NCBI GenBank assembly: GCA_015233675.1
Contig: JADFXH010000005.1
Coordinates: 80,964 to 144,963 of the forward strand
DNA: 64,000 nt
DNA from: Candidatus Omnitrophota bacterium
GTDB taxonomy: Bacteria; Omnitrophota; Gorgyraeia; Zapsychrales; Fredricksoniimonadaceae
Direction of reading: 5' to 3'
Below are positions 39,001-51,000 of the stretch, piece after piece (position 1 is the stretch's first letter; every line of letters starts with the position of its first letter). The notes below the pieces were generated by a model. It saw nothing but the letters and a program-made list of their open reading frames with translations, made no database searches and was not told where the DNA came from. The translations under genes and the position numbers were made by a program.

Positions 39001-42000
39001 ATTTTATTTAAAGCAAAAGAACCCGCATCCAATAGATACGCCTACGATATAAGAGAAGATTGGTTTGCAGCCAAGTCTCTTACGGACGATCAAATTGATG
39101 AATTAATGACCAGCACTGATTATTCTCCGGAAAAGGAGATAATTTTTGTTTATGATGGGATGTCGTCTCTCCCATCGAGATTAATATATTCTCAAGTTTT
39201 CCTTAATGCAGAATTTGGCACGGATGAAACGCTCGGGATGCTTTATGGCACGATTCAAGGTGTTGCGGTTATAAGGAATATTGCTTTAAAAGAAGTGAAA
39301 AAGAGATACGGAACATCAGTAAAAACTTTTGATGATTTAGTTAAATCATTTCGATTACTAGGATTTGAAGTTAGGAGAACACCTTTCTTAGACGACGAGA
39401 ATGATCCTGCCCGCAACTTACCCGGCCGACCGATGGTTCCGGCAAGGGTTGTGAACGCAGAGGTTGTTAAGCGGGATTTTGAAACTTATGCAATATTGTC
39501 AGTATACAGCCGGGAAGTAAAATTAGCCTTAGCGTATTTATGTTCCGTTGGGCTTGACAGCATGGCCGCCCGCTTAGAGGAAATTGCAAAGGAGGGTCTT
39601 ATCAGGGCGGGTCCCGTTAAAGGGTTCTTAGCCGCTGTTTATACTCTTCCTGACGGCAGGGAAACAATAGTCCTTACCAATAAGCATCCTATCCATGACA
39701 ATTTATTCGAACGTGTCGCGTCCTTAATCCATGAGATCGGGGCTGTCTCTCAATTTAATTTACCAGATGAAGAAAACGAAGCCAGGGCCCAGGCATTCCT
39801 GGGAGCGATGGCCATTGTTGGATTGGAGATCGCTCAGCGTATTCATAACCGTGAATACAAAGAAGCTGAAACTCTCAGGGCCAATAGCAACCAGAAACAG
39901 GCACGCAACGAAATCATCACAAACTTCTTCTTACCAACTCCTCAGAAAGAGTTTGTGAATCGTATTATTGAAGCTGAGATGCAGGTGATACGCCGTGCTG
40001 AATACCGCGAGGTTTTAGTTAACCCTTGGGCTAATACATCTCAGGAATATGAAGCAGGTATTGCCAGGTTAACCGATGAGTTTGCATCATCTATATTCAG
40101 GAATATTTTGCAAGCGGTCGGCAGGCCGGCTCCTGATTACATGACAGCCGGCGATATGGCGGATATCTTAAGCGAAATGGATCTGTCGGCGTACAACACG
40201 AATGCGAAGCTTGTCATTTACAGCGGCCCGCCGGGCTCGGGCAAAGGCGAACTGGCTAAACGTTTTTATGAATTGTATGGAGACTTGGCAGAGAAGGTTG
40301 TCTTATTTCACACTCGCGAAATGCATGCCAACGAGATGATGGGTAGAGACTACCATTTCCGTACGGAAGAACATATTAAGTCATTAGAGCAGGAAGGCAA
40401 GGTGATCACGGCAGTAGTCTATGGACAATTACAGGGCCTGGCCGTAACGTCCTTTATTGATGAGTATGATTATTCAGATCCTAGGTCTTTGGGAGAATAT
40501 AAGGTAAGCGAAAATATCAAGGGTTTGGACTCAGTGATGCAGGGCGGCAAGATAGTCATTTTGGAATGCGGGTTGGCATGGTTTGAGCAGTTACGAAGAC
40601 AGTATGGCAGTGAGCTCATGAGTTTCTTTATAAGTCCATTTAGCAATGATGTATTAAATGCGCGTTCCCAAGATCCCAGAGATGTTTTGTATTGTACGAT
40701 CGGGCTTGAGATCGCCAAAAGAATTCATAATTGTGAGTATAAAGAGGCCGTTAGCCAGAAAATGATCAATGCAGATAAACAAGTACGACAGGAAAACATT
40801 ACGCATTTCTATCTGCCGATGTCACGAGACGCGTTTTTAACCCGGGTCAATGAAGCTGTTTTGCAGGTAAAACGCCGCCAGGAGTATTTTAAGGTGATGG
40901 TCAATCCGTGGGTCAATACATTTGAGGAATTTGAAGCAACGATTGCGAGATTAACAGAGGAGTTTGCCTCAACAGTGTTCAGAAATCTTTTGCAATCCAT
41001 CGGTAAGCAGGTTTCAGAGCAAGCAACAGCTAATGATATGGCAGGAATCTTACGCGGTATTGACCTTGCTCAATTTGACACATCAGCGAAATTTGTAATT
41101 TACAGCGGCCCGCCGGGTGGAGGCAAGGGATCGGTGGCCAAGAGATTCTACGCCTTGTATGGGGACTTGGCAGGGAAAATTGTATTGTTTAATACACGCA
41201 ACATTCGGCGCGGCGAAGAAATGGGAAGGAATTATCATTTCCGTAATGAAAAACCGCTTGAACTGTTAGCCCAGGAAGGCAATGTCATTACAGCCATGGT
41301 TAATGGGAAAATGCAGGGTTTGGCGGTTAAGTCTTTTGTGGATAATTATGAATATGTGGATCCAAGATCAAGGGAAAAGCAAAGCGGGATTGTAGTTATT
41401 CAGGGCTTGAATGCGGTTTTCCGTGGGCCAAAGATAGTGATTTTAGAATGCGGATTGGCATGGTTTGAGTCATTAAGCGCATATTATGGCGATCGATTGA
41501 TGAGTATTTTCATATCGCCATTTGCAGATGAACAATTAAAAGAGGTGAAGAAAGACCAAGAAGGAAAGGATCCAACCCGCGCCTTGCCCGGCCAAGAGAT
41601 GTTAACCTCCGATGAAGTGCGCAGGGTAGTCGATAAGGTGGGATTTGATAATCTGATCGTTCTTTCGGCAGACAGCCAGGAGGTGAAATTAGCCTTAGCG
41701 TATTTGCGCTCAGCGGGCCTGTATGACATGGCCACCTATTTAGGCGTAATTGCCAAGGCAGGGTTGATTAGGGCGGGACCCCTTGAAGGGTTTTTAGCCG
41801 CAGTTTATAGTTTGAAGGATGACCGCGAAGCCATCGTCCTTACCAACGATCAATGGATTGTTACAAAAGCCCAAATTGATAATGTCAGGCTAAATGAGAG
41901 GGATAAACTCAACTGGGATGAGGTTTCCCAAAATTTATTAGACAATGCATGGGCTGTGCCGATAAGTTCTACAGAAGTTCGTTTAACTGTAAATTTAGAG

Positions 42001-45000
42001 TCAGAAAAAGGCCGGATGTCGCGAGTTTTTGGTGAGAAATTTTCAAAAATTTTGCCTATTTTGCAGCAATCTCTTCATCCCGTCCATAGGGACTTATTCG
42101 AGCGCGCTGCGTCATTGGTCCATGAGGCAGGTGCCGCGCTCGGTGAATCGGATCAAGTAAACGAAGCCAGGGCCCAGGCCTTTTTACTGGTAACTGCTAA
42201 AGTGGGATTAGAAATCGCCAGGCGTATTCATAGCAGGGAATACATTGAAGCAAAGGGCTTGAGAGAAAAGAATAATACCAAATTAACAAATAAAGAAGAT
42301 CTCGAAGAAAAAGATTTCTACATACCGACGGAACAGGAAGAATTTGAAAACAGGGTCATTGAGGCAGCTGTGCAGGTAGTTCGCAGTGACGAGCATCCTG
42401 TAGTGTTGGTGAATCCATGGGTAAGGACAGATCAGGTTGAGGCTACTATGGAGGGATTAACCGAAGAGTTCGCAAGAGCGATATTCAGGAATCTTTTGGA
42501 AACAATCGGCTGGATGAGTGACGAGATGACGGAGGATGAAAGGGCGGATATTCTAGAGAATATGACAGCGGATGAAATGGCAGAGATTTTACAGTATGAA
42601 AATCTTTCAGGATACAATCCTGCCAAGTTCGTTATATATAGCGGACCACCGGGCGGCGGCAAGGGTACGGTGGCAAAGAGATTTTACAAATTGTACGGAG
42701 AACAAGGAAAGAATTTAGTAGAGAAATTCGTTTTATTTCATACTCGAAATATCCGTCAGGGTGAAAAGATGGGCGTCCACTATCATTACCGCAATGAATT
42801 AGACGGCAAGGTTATGAAAGACTGGTTTACTCAGATCGGCTGCGATAGGGACAGGATCGCAGAGGTTTTGGTTGAGACAGGATATCTGACAAAAGAGCAT
42901 CGTTTTATAGAAGAATTTAATGGTTTAAAGCAAGATTTTAAAGATGCTTTACCGGAATATACAGAGGAACAATTTACGCTGATTGAGCCTGTGTTGAAAC
43001 AATCGCTGGAGCATATTGGAATCACCAGCAATGTTCTTTTGGCAAAAGTAAATGGTCAGCTGCAGGGGCTGCCCTTGAAAACTTTAAGCGAGCCTGAGTA
43101 TTATTATGAAGATCCCACCACGGGGGAACAGCATAATAATAAAATGGAACCGAGTATAGTCAAGGGCCTTGATGCGGTGTTCGCAGGCAACAAGATTTAC
43201 ATTTTAGAATGCGGTTTGGCCTGGTTTGAGGCATTAAGGGCGCTCTATGGCGATAAATTGATGAGCATCTTTATTTCACCGTTTACTTATGAGCAATTAG
43301 GATATGTGAAGAAAAATAAAAACAGGAGAGATACAAGCCGTCCATTACCCGGCAAGCCGATGGTGAGTGTTGAAGTTGTTGTCAACGAATTGGCCCGGCA
43401 TGCGGCCAATAGTTTTGAGGTGTTAGATGAAAACAATTCCGCGGTAATGTTAGCGATAAAAATATTAGAGAATATAGGGAAAGAACTTAATGCAAAAGAG
43501 CTGAGAGAAATGGCGAAGCTGGGGCTGCTTAGAGCCGGTCCTCTCGACGGATTTTTAGCCACGATCTTCCTGGTTGATGGTCAAGAAACAATCCTCCTTT
43601 CAAATAATTACCCTGATTTTAATACAGTTGAAGAACAAGCCTTAAGTCTGGTCCACGAGATCGGAGCTGTATCCAAATTTAATTTTAGCCATGAAGAAAA
43701 CAGCAGCCGTGAAGAAGCCGGTCGGGCTTGGTTAAGCCGCGCGCCGCCGGTCAATCCTGCTGAAACTGCAGTTGTTGGTTTAGAAATTGCGAAGCGCATT
43801 CATGCGAGGGAAGTGAAGGAAGCCGCCGAAGTAGCGAAAGATTCCATACGAAAGAAGTATGCGGGAGAAGAAATTAAGAACTTCTACCAGCCGACAGTCC
43901 AAGAAGAATTTGTCGGCAGGATCCATGAGGCAGGCGTTCAAGTCGGACGTCGTCGTGAATACAAAGAAATTTTAGTCAATCCATGGGCCAAGGATGAAAC
44001 GGAATACAAGGCAACGATTGAAAGATTAACTGAAGAATTTGCTTTAAGTGTCTTTCGCAATATAGCGCAAGCCATTGGCATAGGATTTTCACCGACAGCG
44101 ACAGCTGAAGTGTTAGCCGAAGAAATTCAAAAGGCAGACTTGTCCCAGCACGATACGATTGCAAAGTTTGCGATATACAGCGGACCTTCGGGGGTAGGGA
44201 AAGAAGCCATATGGAAAAGGTTCTTTGAGTTGTATGGGGATATGATTTCAAGGTTTGTGTTGTTCCATACCCGTAATATCCGTAAAGGTGAAGTAATGGG
44301 TAAGAATTATCATTACCGTAATGAAGAGGCGCTTGAAGAGCTAGCCAAAGAAGGCAAAATCATCACTGCAAGGGTTAATGGTCAGTTACAAGGGTTGGCC
44401 ATCAGGAGTTTTGTTGACCAATATTCATATAAGGATCCTGTCTCAGGCCAGGAGTATGAAGGGATAGATAGGATAAGAGGGCTTGATTCCGTATTCAAGG
44501 GAAGCAAGATTGTCATCCTGGAGTGCGGGCTATCCTGGTTTGAATCGTTGAATGAGGAATTTGGGGATAAATTAATGAGCATATTTATCTCGCCGTTTAG
44601 CGATAAGGAACTTGAAGAGGCTGTAAATGATTCACAGAAAGTATTTGATGCAGTTGTTGGTTTAGAAATTGCGAAGCGCATTCATGCGAGGGAAGTGAAG
44701 GAAGCCGCCGAAGTAGCGAAAGATTCCATACGAAAGAAGTATGCGGGAGAAGAAATTAAGAACTTCTACCAGCCGACAGTCCAAGAAGAATTTGTCGGCA
44801 GGATCCATGAGGCAGGCGTTCAAGTCGGACGTCGTCGTGAATACAAAGAAATTTTAGTCAATCCATGGGCCAAGGATGAAACGGAATACAAGGCAACGAT
44901 TGAAAGATTAACTGAAGAATTTGCTTTAAGTGTCTTTCGCAATATAGCGCAAGCCATTGGCATAGGATTTTCACCGACAGCGACAGCTGAAGTGTTAGCC

Positions 45001-48000
45001 GAAGAAATTCAAAAGGCAGACTTGTCCCAGCACGATACGATTGCAAAGTTTGCGATATACAGCGGACCTTCGGGGGTAGGGAAAGAAGCCATATGGAAAA
45101 GGTTCTTTGAGTTGTATGGGGATATGATTTCAAGGTTTGTGTTGTTCCATACCCGTAATATCCGTAAAGGTGAAGTAATGGGTAAGAATTATCATTACCG
45201 TAATGAAGAGGCGCTTGAAGAGCTAGCCAAAGAAGGCAAAATCATCACTGCAAGGGTTAATGGTCAGTTACAAGGGTTGGCCATTAGGAGTTTTGTTGAC
45301 CAATATTCATATAAGGATCCTGTCTCAGGCCAGGAGTATGAAGGGATAGATAGGATAAGAGGGCTTGATTCCGTATTCAAGGGAAGCAAGATTGTCATCC
45401 TGGAGTGCGGGCTATCCTGGTTTGAATCGTTGAATGAGGAATTTGGGGATAAATTAATGAGCATATTTATCTCGCCGTTTACGAATGAGGAATTGGCCTC
45501 TTTATTACAAAATTTGCAAGCCAGACGACAAGACGCGGCCCGCGCCTTGCCCGGTCAGCCGATGTTGACCAGCAATGAAGTAAACAACTTTGTTAAGTTT
45601 GGGTTTGATTATACGGTGATCCTTGCAGAAGACAGCCAGGAAGTTCAAATGGCCTTAGCGTATTTGCGCTCGGTGGGACTTGATGCCATGGCCGACCATT
45701 TAGCGGAGATTGCCAAGGCCGGTTTAATCAGGGCAGGTCCGTATAAAGAGTTCTTAGCCGCTGTATATACTCTTGCTGATAAACGTGAAGCTATAATCTT
45801 TAGCGATTATCATCCTGTCCACGACAGTTTATTCGAACGCGTTGCTTCCCTAATCCATGAGATAGGGGCTACTATTCCATTCAATTTAACAGATGAAGAG
45901 AATGAGGCCAGGGCCCAGGCGTTCTTGAAATTCAAAGAAGTCGACGTTTCTTTATCTCGCCTTTCAATTGATAATGTGACAGAAAAGCTGCTGCTTTATC
46001 CCTTGGAGCTGATGCATTCGCCGGATCTTTATCAATACCTAGATGACTTTGATAGGACGCATTATGAATTTTCTGGAACAGGGGACGGGAAAGGCTATTG
46101 GAAGTCGAAAGATTTTAAATCGCACGGTCAAGATTTAGTTCTAGGCACCTGGGAAGATGTGATTAGCGACAATGGATTCAATGATACGATGCCACGTGAC
46201 ATTGTCATCCGGTTTAAAAGAGAAGGGAAAAGCGTCAGTTTTTATTGCTTTGATGATCATGGCCGCTCAGTAATGTATGCCATGGAAGCTGTTGCGCGGC
46301 ATGAGATGCCAGCAGATGGCAATATTCAACTATTTCTTGATGAGCATAGTGACGGCAGCCCTAAATCAGGGGTGGATGGGGTAATACAAAAAGACTTGTC
46401 AGCTGGCAAAAAATATCCGCCTGTTGGAGATGCTTTGCATCTGAAGGATTGGACTGCCTATGAGTACTTTGATATGTTAACAATGAATTGCTTCAACGCG
46501 CAATTCGTAGATATCAATTTCTTAAATAAGCATTTTTGGATTGATGGGGCATTAATCGTACGTCAATCGGATGGCTTCTCTTATTATAAGACGTTACCAT
46601 ATTTTTTATTGAAGGAACGGCCGAGAAATGAAGAAGTCTTCTTAAATATTGATACTGATGTTACCGGATTAGGAAGAAGGGATGCTTTTTACAATGATAT
46701 TGGAAGAAAGTGGGTCCAACAAAAGGACCTGATGTTTTTTAAGGAATTGCTGATAAAACTGGCCAGGGAAGACAGGAATTTGCTTTCTTCTTTTCATGCT
46801 AGCACAACTCATTTTTACGATTCATCGGATGATAATTATGTTGCTTTTGGTCATGTCGGTCTCGTTCGTTTTCTTGCTCGAGTAGCTCCCGCCATCCTAT
46901 TGTCTGACGAGCAAAGTCTTCCAGGTCCTAAGCTTCAAGAAATGGTCGATCAGGCTATAAATCAGCATCTTCAATTTTCTGGCTCTAAAGAGAAAGACCC
47001 CGCCCGCACCCTACCGGGCCAGCCGATGGCTTCTGCGGAAGCTGTTTCTACAGAGCTGGCCAAGCATGATTTGAAGACATTTACAATATTGAAGGAAACT
47101 GATGCTCCCGTTGTTTTAGCGGTCAAGTCCATGAACGCGATGGGTGAGCAGGACAAGGCCGGGCATCTGCTGATGATGGTACGCGAAGGCCTCGTGCGTG
47201 CCGGTCCGGTTGAAGGCTTCCTTGCTGCAACAGCCATGATTGATGACCAAGAAAACATTATTCTCTCCAATGCTTATCCCGAATACAACAGCGCTTTAGA
47301 ACAGTCGCTCTCTTTAGTCCACGAAATCGGTGCCACAGCCCGGTTTAATTTATCTCATCAGCAGAATGCCGAGAGAGAAGAGCTAGCCCGTACGGCGCTT
47401 AAGGCCAGTGGAGCTGTTTTGGATACGTTCTTTTACAGTGCTCATGAGACCAAGGAGGATTTTACGCCGCTTCTTCCTTATATGCGCAAGGAGATAGAGA
47501 AGGTCATCCGCGCCCAAAGGCCGCTTATCGTGATAATGGAAGGGGGGACGGTATTAAGCGCATTTTTATATATGCTCGAAGCCTTCCAAAAGTATGCCAT
47601 GGCCCATGATAGGCATCTTAGATTTAACGAGGTCAGGGCCATTGACTTGATGGATACCGTGATGGAAGGCATGGAGCGCGAAGGCTTTGACTATTTATTG
47701 AATTTGCTTGATGATCGCCGGTACGCAGGAGTTTTTCAGGCATTTTTAGATGAGACGAATGCCTCTTTGGCAGATCTGGTAGGGCGGGCAACAAATGTGG
47801 ATGTCAGTCTAAGCATGCCCGGCTTCCCCGGGGCAGTCATAGAGTTCATGAGGCCTTATCGGCAAAGGGGATTGAATGTTACTTATTTTGCGGAAGAAGA
47901 TGACCTTTTGACCATGCGTCATGGCCTGCGCGAGGATATTTTGACCAGCATGTCGGTCGAAAAGTTAATAAAAGGCCAAAGGGAGGAATTTTTGCGTGCC

Positions 48001-51000
48001 TCAGATGAGCGGATAAAAGAGAACCTGAGGGCTACCGTTGTGCGAGACAGGTCATTGGCTTCTCAATTATTCAGGATAAAGGCAAGTTGTCCTCAGGCCG
48101 TGATCTGGGTGACAAGAGGAGGGTTGCATTTTCGTGAGCACGAGTTCTTCCTGAACAAATATCCTCGACAGGAACTTCCGGCCATGGTCAAGACCGTCGG
48201 ATTTAAAGATTGGGACAACAACATTCTTCCTTCAGAAGCATTGACTCTTCGCCAGATGCGCACCCTTACGATAGAAGAAAGCGACATTAGTTCCGATATA
48301 CAGCCGACGGAAGAAGAGTCCCTCCAGAACGCTTTGGGGGCGCAGATCTTGCATATCTTAAGAAAGAAAGGGACTTCGGGAAGTTATCTGACGATCATAT
48401 CCGGGATCATGCGGATGGTCCGGGCGTGCTCTAACGAGGATATATACCAGTTCTTTGCCGATCTTCCCAAGATCGGTCTTTTCGCGGAGGAGAACGAGGT
48501 GGGGGCCTATGAAGATGTTGTGATTTCCATGCTCGCCAAAATGGCTCAGAGGCTGTTGGGCACGGTCAGCCCCTTCGCCGGGACCTCTTCGGATTCCCGG
48601 TCAAACATAAGACCAATGATGAAAGAAGAGATCGTGCTCAGGCAGTCGCAAGAAGGAAGCGCGATAATGAGGGTTTTGCCCGTGGTTGAGATTCCCGAGC
48701 CGACAAAGAGAGAGCCGAGGGCAAGCCAGGAGTCGCAGGATTCGGGGTTGTTCGTTATCAATACAACATTAAGGCAGGATTTGTCCAATGCGCTTTACGG
48801 GATTGTCAGGCAGAACAGGATCAATTTTATCGTTGACAATATCTTTAAAGGCAGGCCGTATACCGATGCGAAAAGGTTGATGAGGGTCTCCGGAATGGAT
48901 AAAGGACAAGCGCAGGAGTTTCTAAAGAGGCTTGCTAAAAAGAAAGATAGCGCCCGCAGCCTGCCCGGCGAGACGTTGGCGGCATCCGAGGCTGTGACTG
49001 CCGAATTGACCAGGCATGACCTGAAGGATTTTGCGGTCCTTCATGAAAGCGACGCAGCGGTAATGCTGGCTGTGAGGTCCATGAACGCGATGGGTGAGCA
49101 GGACAAGGCCGAGCATCTGTTGATGATGGTACGCGAAGGCCGCGTGCGTGCCGGCCCGGTTGAAGGCTTCCTTGCCGCATCAACCATGATTGACGACCAA
49201 GAAAATATTATTCTCTCCAATGTTTATCCCGAATACAACAGCGCTTTAGAACAGTCGCTCTCTTTAGTCCACGAAATCGGCGTTACTAATATATTTAATT
49301 TAAGCCATGAAGCAAATGTTGGCCGTGAACAGCAGGCGCGCAGAGAGGTGTATCTTTTAAGACTTCAGGAACGCCGAAACGGTCTTTTGGATATATCCTC
49401 CAAAAAGATTGAAGGTATCGCGGGAAGCAATAAATTTTATTCCAATGGTCAGGCCAAAGAGTTCTTGGGGACAACTGTAATTGCTTTTGTGTCTGAAAAT
49501 TCTCCGGCATTCGAACGTCTTATTGATCTACAGTTCCGATTAAAACAAGCCGTTGAAAAAGCAGGTCTCTCCCAGTTCATGGCCTGGCTGGATCCGGCAA
49601 GTTTTCACATGACAATTTGCGATATAGACAGTGAGCTTCCGGAATTGACAGGTGATCATATAAGCCAACGCAAAGAAGAGGTCAGCCGCGCGTTTTTAAA
49701 TTTAAAACCAAATGATAGATCACCGATACAAGGACAGATCCGGCATCTCGGATTCTTGGCTGCATTGACGTCGCTCGTTTGGTTTGACAAGCCTGAGGAG
49801 TTAGATAAGGCCCTTGAAATTGAAGCAGAGATCAAGGTTAATACGAGTGAGCCTAAACAGCAAAGAGAATTTACCGGTCATATTTCATTGGCTTATCCGG
49901 TAGGCCGGATGACGCCCCGGCAACTGGCGGATCTACTCGGAGTTTTCAATCAATTTGATAATGAGGATCTTGGTGAAGTTGTTTTTGAAAATGTGACCCT
50001 GACTAAATTTGAGGACATGCAAAAATTTATGCCTGTTATCTCATTGGAGCTTGGGTCAGGGAGCACTGATCATTCCCGCTCATTGCCAGGCCAGCCGATG
50101 GTCAGGGATCAGGAGGTTAGGTCAGAAATGGCCCGGCATAACATCAAAGATTTTGTGTGGTTTAATGAATATAATTCAGCGGTTAGGGTCGCGATGTTAG
50201 CTTTGCAGGCGGCAGGACAAACAAAGATGGCAGAGGCTCTTGAGTTGATGGTCAAGGCGGGATTGGTGCGTGCCGGACCGCTGGAAGGCTTCTTGGCAAC
50301 GACCTGGCTGATCGACGGTAAAGAAGGCCTTGTTCTTTCTGATAAATATCCTGAATTTAACAATATTGAAGAGAATGTCCTTGGCTTGGTCCATGAAATT
50401 GGGGTGGTGTCTTTATTTAACCTCAGCCATGAACAAAATATTGCGCGGGAAAATTTTGTTCGCAAGTGGCTTGATGCGAACGCTGCGTTGATAGGCCTGG
50501 AGGTCATCAAACGCATTCATGCTCGCGAATGCAAGGAAGCTGCGGAAGTTAAGGCTGACAACGAGGCCATGCAGGCTCGTGGGGAATTAGACCAAATAGG
50601 AAGATTTTATGTGCCTGCGCGGCAAAAGGATTTCTTAGGACGCGTTAAGGAAGATGTGTGGCAGGTCTTACGCCGGGGAGAATATAAAGTGGTCCTTGCG
50701 AATCAATGGGCCAACAGCAGCTGGGAATACCAGTCCACCATCAAAAGAGTAACCGAGGAATTTGCAAAGGCGATATTTGGGAATACAGCAATGGCCTTAG
50801 GGTTGCCCGTTACAAAAGAGACAAGTGCGGCGGAATTATTCAATACGTTAAACCAAAAAGATTTATCCCTTGTGCGGGGAGCTGCCAAGTTGGCTGTATA
50901 TTCAGGACCGCCCGGCGGAGGCAAGCGTGTGATCTGGAAGAATTTTATGGAACTTTACGGCTCACTTATCGACAGGGTGGTGCTGTTTCATACCAGGGAG

